This document shows, in pieces, positions 24,993 through 32,000 of a DNA stretch of 32,000 nt. Origin of the DNA: Haloferax volcanii DS2 (GTDB taxonomy: Archaea > Halobacteriota > Halobacteria > Halobacteriales > Haloferacaceae). Numbering within the stretch: the stretch's first letter is position 1; every line of letters starts with the position of its first letter. The notes beneath the pieces were generated by a model. The model was not told the origin of the DNA, ran no database searches, and worked only from the letters and a program-made list of their open reading frames with translations. The position numbers and the translations under genes were made by a program. The DNA is taken from positions 600,001-632,000 of the forward strand of contig NC_013967.1 of NCBI RefSeq assembly GCF_000025685.1. Direction: 5' to 3'.

Positions 24993-25706
24993 TCAGGCCC
25001 CAACACCGTCGTTTTCGAGGAGGCGCCACGCGCCGTCGCCGGTGGACTCGACGTAGCCGCGGCGCTCCATCTCGGACATGACTTCCGGCATCCGGTCGGG
25101 TTGGGCGATTTCCATCTCGATGCGGTCCACGTCGTGGAACTCCGCGAGGTAGTGGCGGATGTCTTCGAGTTCGAACGTGTCGTCGTCGGCTTTCGCCATG
25201 ACGCCCGAGGTGAGGTCTATCATGTCCTCGATGAAGTTCCACGGGTAGACGACCCACGCCCACTCTTCGAGGCGCTCGCCGACGTAGTCGGGTTCGAACT
25301 CGCTGGTCTGGAGGAGTTGGAGCGTCGCGGTCCGGACCTCGCCCGCGTTGCGCTCGTTGACGTACTCGTGTGCGCGCTTGATGGAACCGCCGGTGTCGGC
25401 GATGTCGTCGATGATGAGCACGTCCTTGCCCTCGACGCTGCCTTCCGGCATCGGGTAGCGGACCTCCGGCTCGTTCGACTTCTGGGCCGTCCCGACGTAG
25501 TGTTCCATCTTCAGGCTCGTCAGGTCGTCCAGCCCGAGGAAATCGCAGATACACCGGCCCGCGAACCAGCCGCCGCGGGCCAACGCGACGATGACGTCGG
25601 GTTCGAACTCGGACGTTTTGACCTCGTCGGAAACGTCGCGGCAGAGGCCGTAGATGTACTCCCAGTTCGTGATAGTACAGTTAAACTCGTCGGGGAGGTC
25701 GCCCAT
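24993..25706 (-). CDS. Phosphoribosyltransferase (hypoxanthine/guanine PRT-like) with a C-terminal extension
   Basis: 237 aa with the PRPP-binding loop VLIIDDIADTGGS and the archaeal HPRT-like N-terminus WEYIYGLCRDV...VIVALARGGWFAGR. The C-terminal ~70 aa is winged-helix-like (MERRGYVESTGDGAWRL). Confidence 0.82.
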   Translation of the reverse strand: MGDLPDEFNCTITNWEYIYGLCRDVSDEVKTSEFEPDVIVALARGGWFAGRCICDFLGLDDLTSLKMEHYVGTAQKSNEPEVRYPMPEGSVEGKDVLIIDDIADTGGSIKRAHEYVNERNAGEVRTATLQLLQTSEFEPDYVGERLEEWAWVVYPWNFIEDMIDLTSGVMAKADDDTFELEDIRHYLAEFHDVDRIEMEIAQPDRMPEVMSEMERRGYVESTGDGAWRLLENDGVGA

Positions 25707-25873
25707 ATCTTCCGTTCACCGTGCGTACTGCCGCGCCTGACGCCCTTTAATCTGTACGACTCGCCCCGCCCGTGTGTCGGCGTGCCAAAACCGCCCGAAC
25801 CGACGTTATTCGGTGACTAACCGGAGAACCAGACGTTCAGGCGGATACTAACGCATGTTAACAAGGAACATAG

Positions 25874-25879
25874 TTATAT
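25874..25879 (+). promoter_or_regulatory. TATA-like box (TTATAT) for the small zinc-finger gene
   Basis: About 40 nt upstream of ATG 25917. An SD-like GGTGA at 25906-25910 lies between them. Confidence 0.35.
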
Positions 25880-25916
25880 CGAGTGCCGGAGTATGCGGAT
25901 TTGTAGGTGAAACAGA

Positions 25917-26087
25917 ATGCACACGTGTGGTAACTGTGGTGAGTTCGTCTCCCGCGATTTCGTCCGCGTCTTCGGCAACGACATGGACGAGGTCGTCGGG
26001 TGTCCAGCCTGTATGAACATGCGCGAAGTGATGCAGGGCGACGGCGCAGCTCAAACGAGCGGCCGCGTCCGGTGGACCCGCGCGTGA
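25917..26087 (+). CDS. Zinc-finger micro-protein, 56 aa (MHTCGNCGEFVSRDFVRVFGNDMDEVVGCPACMNMREVMQGDGAAQTSGRVRWTRA); below the ORF-track cutoff
   Basis: ATG 25917, TGA 26085-26087, GC3-rich codons. The CGNCG...CPAC pair resembles the C(P)XCG zinc-finger micro-proteins known from Haloferax. TATA and SD-like elements lie upstream. The listed 68-aa ORF on the opposite strand (25848..26054) is His/Thr/Val-rich and was rejected. Confidence 0.6.
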   Translation: MHTCGNCGEFVSRDFVRVFGNDMDEVVGCPACMNMREVMQGDGAAQTSGRVRWTRA

Positions 26088-26163
26088 ATCGGCCGATATC
26101 GACCGGCCCGCGCTCCTCTCCTTTTCTCCAACTTCTCGCGTAATCCGGCGGCCGACCCGCTGG

Positions 26164-26170
26164 TTTGATA
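26164..26170 (+). promoter_or_regulatory. TATA-like box for the PhzF-family gene
   Basis: TTTGATA centred ~28 nt upstream of ATG 26195. This supports the internal start over 26165. Confidence 0.35.
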
Positions 26171-26194
26171 CATCGCCGTGTAGTGCGCCTTTCC

Positions 26195-27094
26195 ATGGAT
26201 AGCCGACGCGCCCTCCTCGTCGACGCCTTCACGACCGAACCGCTGTCCGGTAACGCGGCCGGAGTCGTCCCCGACGCCGACGGACTCGACGCGGAACAGA
26301 TGCGCGCCCTCGCCGCCGAACTCGGCGCGAGCGAGACGGCGTTCGTCTGCTCGTCGGCCGCCGCGGACCGCCGCATCCGCTATTTCACGCCCCAACAGGA
26401 AGTCGACCTCTGCGGCCACGCGACTATCGCGGCCCACGCCCACCTCGCGGCCGAACGCGACCTCGAACCGGGCACGCACACCTTGGAGACGAACGTCGGC
26501 ACCCTCGACATCGAACTCGGTGACCTCGGCGAGGTGTGGATGACGCAGGACGCCCCGACGGTCCGGCCCTTGGAGGTCGACTACGACCGCCTCGCGGCGG
26601 CGCTCGGCGTCGACGACGCCGCCCTCCGCGACGTGGGCGCTGACCTCCCCGTCGCGGTCGCCTCCACCGGGCTTCCCTTCCTCGTCGTCCCGGTCAACTT
26701 CCTCGAACACCTCTCGGCTGCGGACCCAGACGACGCCGCCATCGCAGACCTCGCCGCCGAACACGACGCGGCGGGCTTCTACGCCTACACCTTCGACGCC
26801 ATCGACGGCGACTCCACGCTTCACGCGCGGTGTTTCGCTCCCGGCATCGGCATCTCCGAGGACCCCGCGACCGGAACCGCCGCCGGCGCGTGCGGCGCGT
26901 ACCTCCGGCAGGTCGGCGCGTTCGACTCGATGCCCGACGAACTCCGATTCGAACAGGGCCACTTCGTGGACCGACCGGGAACCGTCCGCGTGCAGGTCGG
27001 CGCTGAGATACGCGTCGGTGGCCGCGCGGTGCAGTCGTTCGACGGCGAAATCGTCGTCCCGGAGTTCGCGGACGACGACATCATCGAAGCCTGA
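26195..27094 (+). CDS. PhzF-family isomerase (phenazine biosynthesis-like protein)
   Basis: 299 aa (MDSRRALLVDAFTTEPLSGNAAGVV...SETAFV...IRYFTPQQEVDLCGHATIAA...RCFAPGIGISEDPATGTAAGA), a typical PhzF/DAP-epimerase-like fold signature. Confidence 0.87.
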   Translation: MDSRRALLVDAFTTEPLSGNAAGVVPDADGLDAEQMRALAAELGASETAFVCSSAAADRRIRYFTPQQEVDLCGHATIAAHAHLAAERDLEPGTHTLETNVGTLDIELGDLGEVWMTQDAPTVRPLEVDYDRLAAALGVDDAALRDVGADLPVAVASTGLPFLVVPVNFLEHLSAADPDDAAIADLAAEHDAAGFYAYTFDAIDGDSTLHARCFAPGIGISEDPATGTAAGACGAYLRQVGAFDSMPDELRFEQGHFVDRPGTVRVQVGAEIRVGGRAVQSFDGEIVVPEFADDDIIEA

Positions 27095-27139
27095 ACGTCC
27101 GGTCTGAAAACGAGACGGTCCACGACGGCCGGAGCGGCC

Positions 27140-27907
27140 TCAGCCGATGTACCGGAGGTCGTCGTCGCTGGCGATGCTCCCCTGCTGTTGCTGTTGCATC
27201 TCCTGAATCTTCGCGGCGACTTCCTTCATCTCCTCTGCGCGCTCTTCGAGCGACTCGAAGTCGACGCTGAACTGGAGGAGGTCCTGTAAGACTTCGATGA
27301 CGACTTGCGCGCTCTGGGGGTCGACGAGGTAGCCGCTCGTCTCGCCCATCAGGCAGGTCGCGTCGAGGCCGCGGCGGCCGCCGAGGCCGAGAAGGAGGCC
27401 GGAGACGCCGACGACGCCGCCGGCGGGTTCGCCCTCGCGGAACTCGATGCCCGCCTCGTCGAGTTCGTCGAGGCGGGACTCGTCGGCGACGGCTCCGAGG
27501 ACCGACGGCTCGTCGACGAGTTCGCCGGTCGGGACGCCGCCCAGCGCGAACAGGCGCTCGACGCCGAACTCCTCGCCGATGTCGAGGAAGGTGTCGGTGA
27601 GGTGGTAGTGGCCCTCGTTCGACTGCGCCTGGTGGTCGCCCGTGAGAAGCAGCAGGTCCGGTCCCTCGCCGGGCGTCTCGACGGCGTGAATCGCGACGTG
27701 GGTCAGCTCGGCGACGCCCTCGTCGATGCTCACCTGCGGCGGGAACGCGTCGGCGTAGACGCGGCGGACCAGCGTGGCCTCCTCGAACTCCTCCAGCAGG
27801 TGCTCGACGGCGAGTTTGCCGACGTTGCCGACGCCCGGCAGCCCCTCGATGAGGACCGGGTCGGTGAGGTCGACCTCCTCGACAGCCTCGATTTCGATGT
27901 CGTCCAT
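27140..27907 (-). CDS. Proteasome assembly chaperone (PAC2) family protein
   Basis: 255 aa with LIEGLPGVGNVGKLAVEHL at the N-terminus, a GETSGYLVDP motif and a coiled/poly-Q C-terminus. It is the last gene of the rpl44e-nop10 cluster. Confidence 0.82.
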   Translation of the reverse strand: MDDIEIEAVEEVDLTDPVLIEGLPGVGNVGKLAVEHLLEEFEEATLVRRVYADAFPPQVSIDEGVAELTHVAIHAVETPGEGPDLLLLTGDHQAQSNEGHYHLTDTFLDIGEEFGVERLFALGGVPTGELVDEPSVLGAVADESRLDELDEAGIEFREGEPAGGVVGVSGLLLGLGGRRGLDATCLMGETSGYLVDPQSAQVVIEVLQDLLQFSVDFESLEERAEEMKEVAAKIQEMQQQQQGSIASDDDLRYIG

Positions 27908-27961
27908 GCACGTAGTGGCGGCCGCGCCGGTTAAGAGAGCGTCGGTAGCCGAAGACGGAGG

Positions 27962-28153
27962 CTACTCCGGCTCCTCGGCGAGGCGGCGCTTCCGCGCGCG
28001 GCGGTACTCGCCGTGGGGGTCCTCGGGATTGTAGGGTGCGGGCGCGCTGTTCTCGGTGGCGGCGCCGCACTCCGGACAGGTCTCAGAAAGCGAGTACACC
28101 GGGCGGTCGTGGCGGTCGCGCCACGCGCTGCACACCCGGATGTCTGATTTCAT
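27962..28153 (-). CDS. nop10: H/ACA RNP pseudouridylation complex subunit Nop10
   Basis: 63 aa, MKSDIRVC...YSLSETCPECGAATENSAPAPYNPEDPHGEYRR, showing the classic Nop10 zinc ribbon and tail. Confidence 0.9.
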   Translation of the reverse strand: MKSDIRVCSAWRDRHDRPVYSLSETCPECGAATENSAPAPYNPEDPHGEYRRARKRRLAEEPE

Positions 28154-28157
28154 TCGA

Positions 28158-28958
28158 TTACTCTTCGTCGCCGCTGCGTTCGCGGTGGTACTCCGCGGTG
28201 CCGCCCGCGGCCTCGATGGCTTCGCGGGCCCGCGCGACGCTCGATTCGAGCTCCGTCTCGGCGGTCTTGTAGTCGGGCGCTTTGACCTTGACGCGGTACT
28301 CGGGCGCGCCGACGTACGTGACCGACAGTTCGATTTCGTCGCCGATTTCGCCGTCGCCCTCGGCGGCCTTGAGGGCCTCCTTCACGTCGTCGACGCCGTC
28401 GCCAGCGGGCGAGCGCAGGTCGACGTAGCCGGTGACGTTGACGTAGGGGACCGACACGTTCTGACGCGCGGTCTCGACGATGGTTTCGAGTTCGTCGTCG
28501 TCGAGTTCGACGCCGTCGAGCGCCTCGATACCGTGAATCGCGGCCTGCTCGAAGCCGTCGTACAGCGACTCGAACTCCGCGAGCAGGGCGTTGGCGATGG
28601 ACTGGTAGCGGTCGTCGGCGATGTCCTCGCCGAACGCCAGCGCCATCCACTTGTCGGCCTTCTGCTCGTTTTTCCACTCCTGAATCTTCTCTTTGCGCTG
28701 GTGCTCGTTGACGTCCTTAATCGAGAGGTCTATCTGCTGGGAACTCTCGTTGACTTCGAGCACTTTAGCGACGACTGTCTGTCCCTCGCGGACGTGGTCG
28801 CGAACGTTCTTGATCCATCCGCTGGCGACCTCGCTGATGTGGCAGAGGCCGCGTTTGTCTTCGTACTCTTCGAGGTCGACGAAGACGCCGAAGTCCGCGA
28901 TGTCGTCTACCTTTCCGACGACGAGTTCGCCGGGGTCAGGCCATCCGCTGTACTTCAT
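28158..28958 (-). CDS. eif2a: Translation initiation factor aIF-2 alpha subunit
   Basis: 266 aa. The S1 domain reads [66 protein letters not shown] lies upstream of the ATG. Confidence 0.95.
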   Translation of the reverse strand: MKYSGWPDPGELVVGKVDDIADFGVFVDLEEYEDKRGLCHISEVASGWIKNVRDHVREGQTVVAKVLEVNESSQQIDLSIKDVNEHQRKEKIQEWKNEQKADKWMALAFGEDIADDRYQSIANALLAEFESLYDGFEQAAIHGIEALDGVELDDDELETIVETARQNVSVPYVNVTGYVDLRSPAGDGVDDVKEALKAAEGDGEIGDEIELSVTYVGAPEYRVKVKAPDYKTAETELESSVARAREAIEAAGGTAEYHRERSGDEE

Positions 28959-28976
28959 ACGAGGTCCTCCAGGGAG

Positions 28977-29171
28977 TTACGCCTCAAGTTCGTCGCTGTC
29001 GCGACGCTCGACCGTCTCGACGACCTCGCCGTGGAACTCGGCGTTGCCGCCGGTCGGCGTGGCGAGGGTCGTCCCGCAGACGGCGCAGTTGACGACCGAG
29101 GAGGCTTTTCCGAAGACGACCTGTTCGTTCTCGCAGTCGCTGCACGCGACCTTGTAGAAGTTTCCTGCCAT
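28977..29171 (-). CDS. rps27e: 30S ribosomal protein S27e
   Basis: 64 aa, FYKVACSDCENEQVVFGKASSVVNCAVCGTTLATPTGG, a C4 zinc ribbon typical of eS27. AGGAG lies upstream. Confidence 0.93.
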   Translation of the reverse strand: MAGNFYKVACSDCENEQVVFGKASSVVNCAVCGTTLATPTGGNAEFHGEVVETVERRDSDELEA

Positions 29172-29174
29172 GAT

Positions 29175-29456
29175 TTACTCCTGGAACTCCAGGCGACCGG
29201 CGCGCCAGCCCTCGCGCATGTGGGCCTTGCCGCAGTCGGAACAGATGTACTTCAGGTGGGTCTTCTTCGTCGGCTTGTCGCCACCGGGCACCTTGGAGAA
29301 CTTACCGGCGTTACCGATAGTGGCTTTGCCGCGTCGCGTCTGACGGGCGTTCCACTTCATTCCGGTCGGGCGTCCCGTCCGGACCTTCTCCACTTCGTGC
29401 TCGTGGTGACCCTTGCAGTTCGGGCAGTACGTGTTGAAACGGCGTGGCATCTGCAT
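29175..29456 (-). CDS. rpl44e: 50S ribosomal protein L44e
   Basis: 93 aa, [22 protein letters not shown]...[11 protein letters not shown], matching the eL42/L44e zinc-binding pattern. Confidence 0.93.
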   Translation of the reverse strand: MQMPRRFNTYCPNCKGHHEHEVEKVRTGRPTGMKWNARQTRRGKATIGNAGKFSKVPGGDKPTKKTHLKYICSDCGKAHMREGWRAGRLEFQE

Positions 29457-29628
29457 AGATATCGACCTTGTGGTGGGTTTTGGTGTGGCCCGTTAAAACC
29501 CGTTTGGTTCGACGCGGCCCCTGAACCCGCCGTGACCGGGCGTTCGCCGTGTTACGTGTGGGCAGCCCACGGTGACTGCACCGTCCGCGGTCTCCCCCGT
29601 CGCACACCGCACGCCGGAAGCCGAAGCG

Positions 29629-29634
29629 ATTAAG
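29629..29634 (+). promoter_or_regulatory. TATA-like box for the 29659 gene
   Basis: ATTAAG centred ~27 nt upstream of ATG 29659. Confidence 0.3.
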
Positions 29635-29658
29635 CGGTGACTGTGCCAATCCCGGCAC

Positions 29659-29919
29659 ATGAAGAAGCTCATCATCCACGGCGACCCCGGCGTCCGGCGC
29701 GACGGCGTCATCGAGTACGACGGCGAGGAGTACGTCCTGTTTTCGGTCGACCGACAGGGCGACTGGCACGGTCCCGACCGCGTCCAGCTGTGGTGTACCG
29801 CCGGCACGGAAGACGAGCGCGAGACGTTCGAAAAGCGCGAGTTCGTCCCGCACTGGCTCGAAACCGAGGGCGTCGACGCCGAGGCCGTCGAGGTCGTCCG
29901 CGAGCGCGGCGCGGCCTAA
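29659..29919 (+). CDS. Small conserved-looking hypothetical protein, 86 aa
   Basis: MKKLIIHGDPGVRRDGVIEYDGEEYVLFSVDRQGDWHGPDRVQLWCTAGTEDERETFEKREFVPHWLE. Acidic with GC3-rich codons and leaderless TATA spacing. I recognise no family. Confidence 0.62.
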   Translation: MKKLIIHGDPGVRRDGVIEYDGEEYVLFSVDRQGDWHGPDRVQLWCTAGTEDERETFEKREFVPHWLETEGVDAEAVEVVRERGAA

Positions 29920-32000
29920 GGTAGTCTCGCTTCTTCTACCTCGTAGACCGCGACCGACCCCGACCGGTGGACCGGCGTCAGCCACGCCACGTCCGTCTCT
30001 ATCTCCCCGTAGCGGGCGCGCTCGCCCGGCCCGACCCACACGTACTGCACGTCGTAGCGCTCGACGAGCCGCGCCCGCGTCGACTCGTTGCCGACGTACA
30101 TCGCGTCCACGTCGCGCACGCGGTCGTAGTACGCGTCGGGGCCGCGGTAGCCGACTTCGTGCGCCCAGCCGGCGACCGTCGGGACGCCCGTCAGGCTCGA
30201 TTCGGGATTCCCGCGCCAGTCGTACATGACGTCCTCGCGTTTGTCTGTCACCGCCTCGGACCACTTCGTCCCCGGCGCGGTGAGCATCGTCGGGTTGCCC
30301 TCGACGGTCTCGTCGAGCCACGCGATGGCCGTCGACTCGTTTTCGTGCCGCCAGTCTGCGAAGGCCGTCGCGTCCAGCGTCGCCTCTTCTCTGGCCGAGC
30401 CGGTGTGTTCGACGACGGCCAGCCCGCCGTACACCGACGTGGAGGCCACGAGGAGAGCGACGAAGCCGACGCCGACGGCGCTGACCGCGCCTCCGCGGAC
30501 GCCGAGGTCGACCCTCGGGAGCGACACGTCGCTCGCGGCGACCGCGTCGCCGACGAAGCCGGCCAACACGGCCCCCATTACGCTCCCCCAGAGCACCCAC
30601 ACCTGCATGTACGTCTTGAACACCGTGTTCATCCGCCCGGGCCCGGCCTGCTCGTTCACGTAGACGAGTTCGACGAGCATCACGAGGCCCGCGCCGGCGA
30701 CGACGAGCACCGTCTCGAACCGCGGGTCGTCGGCGAACCGGAGGAGCACCCAGCCGACGGCGACGAGGGGCGCGACGAGCGCGAGCGCGGCGAACGACTG
30801 GGCGGCCGCGACGACGGTCAGCGCCGCGAAGCTCCCGACGAGGACGGCCCACTCGCGCCCGCCGAGTCCGTCCTGCGCGCCGAGGCGGCGGACGTAGTAG
30901 CCCGCGAACGCCGCGAGGAACGCCCCGTGGACGAGCGCCAGCGCGCCGAACCCGCTTCGCTGGTCGGGCGACAGAAGCTCGACCGTCCGGGCGCTTCCCC
31001 CGCCCGCGACCGCGCCGAGGAGGAACGGACTGGCGAGGACGGTGGCGGCGACCCCCGCGAGTCCGACCGCCGCGACCGTGCCGCCGAGGCGGGCGAGTTC
31101 GCCCGCGACCGCCGAGCCGCCGACGGCCGAGCGAACGCGCTCTCGCCCCGAAAATAACGTCCACGGGCGTGCGGGCGCGAAGACTATCCCGAGAAACAGC
31201 ACGCCGAACACCGACGGGAAACTCCACGTGTCGACGACGACTTGGAACGCGCCGACGAGCGTCGTCGCGGCGACGAGGCGTCGGCGCTCACCGACCGCCT
31301 CTTCAGGCGTCCGGAAGTACGCGAAGGCGAGGCCGGCCGCGAGGAGCAGAAACGGCGTGCCCATCATGTGGGCGTGGAGGTCGCCGTTGAGCCACGCGAA
31401 GAGCGGGAACTCGTTGATGGTGCCCGGAATCACGCGGCTCGCGCTCCAGTACGAGAAGTTCGAGGCCCCGGCGAGCACCTGCTCGACGGTGTATTGCGAC
31501 CGCTCGGCGACGGCCCGCGCGACGGGCCGGCGCAACCCCTCGGGGAGCGCGGCGAGGAGAAACCGCCCCGCGGTGACGAGGTTGCTGGCGAAGCCGACGA
31601 AGAACGCCGACAGCAGGCCGCCGAGCCGACCGTTCGCGCCCGCGGCAGTTGCGACGCCGCGCCCGAGTTCGAACGCCGCAGTGACGAGGACCCCGAAGAA
31701 GCCGGCGAGCGCGAGGTTGTAGGCGAACGACGGGTCGGTGGCGGTGAGCCGCGCGAGGAGAATCGACGCGAGGTGACCGCCGTAGTAGTAGCGGACCGGC
31801 TCGCCGGCGAACCACATATCCTCCGGCGGGAGGACCGACGCGCGGGCGAGCGACTGGAGGAGGCCGAAGTCGAGGAACTTCTCGCCGCCGCCGGCGTGGA
31901 CCGCCGGGTCGAGCGCGCGGAGCGCCACGGCGAACAGGAAGGCGACGAGGAACACCGCGGCCGCGTCGGCGACGGCGCGTCGGTCGATGTCGAGGCCGGG
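29916..32000 (-). CDS. DUF2298 / Chlor_Arch_YYY-family large polytopic membrane protein (partial; N-terminus lies beyond the window)
   Basis: The reading frame is open from the stop (29916-29918) to the window edge. The GTG at 31955 is only the first listed start, and 15 further in-frame sense codons precede it. It has the hallmark PVRYYYGGH motif, more than 12 TM and a C-terminal soluble domain. Confidence 0.85.
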   Translation of the reverse strand, partial: PGLDIDRRAVADAAAVFLVAFLFAVALRALDPAVHAGGGEKFLDFGLLQSLARASVLPPEDMWFAGEPVRYYYGGHLASILLARLTATDPSFAYNLALAGFFGVLVTAAFELGRGVATAAGANGRLGGLLSAFFVGFASNLVTAGRFLLAALPEGLRRPVARAVAERSQYTVEQVLAGASNFSYWSASRVIPGTINEFPLFAWLNGDLHAHMMGTPFLLLAAGLAFAYFRTPEEAVGERRRLVAATTLVGAFQVVVDTWSFPSVFGVLFLGIVFAPARPWTLFSGRERVRSAVGGSAVAGELARLGGTVAAVGLAGVAATVLASPFLLGAVAGGGSARTVELLSPDQRSGFGALALVHGAFLAAFAGYYVRRLGAQDGLGGREWAVLVGSFAALTVVAAAQSFAALALVAPLVAVGWVLLRFADDPRFETVLVVAGAGLVMLVELVYVNEQAGPGRMNTVFKTYMQVWVLWGSVMGAVLAGFVGDAVAASDVSLPRVDLGVRGGAVSAVGVGFVALLVASTSVYGGLAVVEHTGSAREEATLDATAFADWRHENESTAIAWLDETVEGNPTMLTAPGTKWSEAVTDKREDVMYDWRGNPESSLTGVPTVAGWAHEVGYRGPDAYYDRVRDVDAMYVGNESTRARLVERYDVQYVWVGPGERARYGEIETDVAWLTPVHRSGSVAVYEVEEARLP

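Noticed and set aside
23046-25820. 924-aa plus-strand ORF spanning three genes and two spacers
   Set aside because: It runs antisense to MTAP, the AEC transporter and the PRT gene. Its translation is low-complexity R/D/E/G/V-rich with no recognisable motifs. This is the expected stop-poor antisense frame of GC3-rich coding DNA.
27140-27160. C-terminal HbYX proteasome-docking motif on the PAC2-family protein (ends ...DDLRYIG)
   Set aside because: The Tyr is at position -3, not the penultimate position required for a canonical HbYX motif. I could not support the claim.
29457-29658. Possible ncRNA (SRP RNA, sRNA or H/ACA guide) in the 200-nt GC-rich ORF-free spacer next to the ribosomal/nop10 operon
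   Set aside because: I found only short hairpins (for example acggtg-actg-caccgt at 29569-29584). There are no conserved SRP helix-8 or H/ACA ACA-box features, and the spacer is too short for 7S RNA. Divergent promoters probably account for most of it. RNA-seq would be needed to settle this.
1-32000. Mobile elements, integrases, toxin-antitoxin pairs, CRISPR-Cas, tRNA/rRNA genes
   Set aside because: I recognised none on either strand by eye. The gene-end ghosts at aspS and the oxidoreductase are the only possible traces of past mobile-element or recombination activity.

Overview
This is a high-GC window with acidic proteins and GC3-rich codons, typical of a haloarchaeal (Haloferax-like) core chromosome. 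It is not an obvious accessory or defence island. I support about 32 protein genes.

Genes by function:
- CoA synthesis: the archaeal pair pantoate kinase and phosphopantothenate synthetase.
- Translation: aspS, gatB, and the conserved rpl44e-rps27e-eif2a-nop10-PAC2 operon.
- Lipid synthesis: GGGP synthase.
- DNA and chromosome: an Mrr-type restriction endonuclease, topA, and a coiled-coil protein followed by smc and scpA.
- Salvage: MTA phosphorylase and a phosphoribosyltransferase flanking an AEC transporter.
- Other enzymes: a PhzF-like isomerase.
- Uncharacterised: a DUF3100/small-membrane/M20-amidohydrolase cassette, a large Chlor_Arch_YYY (DUF2298) membrane protein cut by the window edge, and several small or unknown proteins. 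Two of the small genes are below the ORF-track cutoff.

I saw no tRNA, rRNA, CRISPR array, transposase or integrase. Many start codons sit 26-29 nt downstream of a TATA-like box, the leaderless-mRNA pattern. I used this spacing to trim N-terminal ORF extensions.

I did not find a convincing novel multi-gene system. The most unusual signals are scars of gene 3'-end turnover and gene decay:
1. The spacer downstream of aspS holds three further copies of the last 6-10 aspS codons. The two complete copies keep a stop codon, and all differences are synonymous.
2. The molybdopterin oxidoreductase has an in-frame TGA at a conserved Arg, a 33-bp tandem duplication of its terminal codons plus stop, and a diverged ghost of its penultimate segment. 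The ghost lies beyond a small promoter-bearing gene.
3. A cupin gene needs two compensating frameshifts to be read.

All family calls come from motifs I recognise by eye. No database search or numeric composition calculation was possible.
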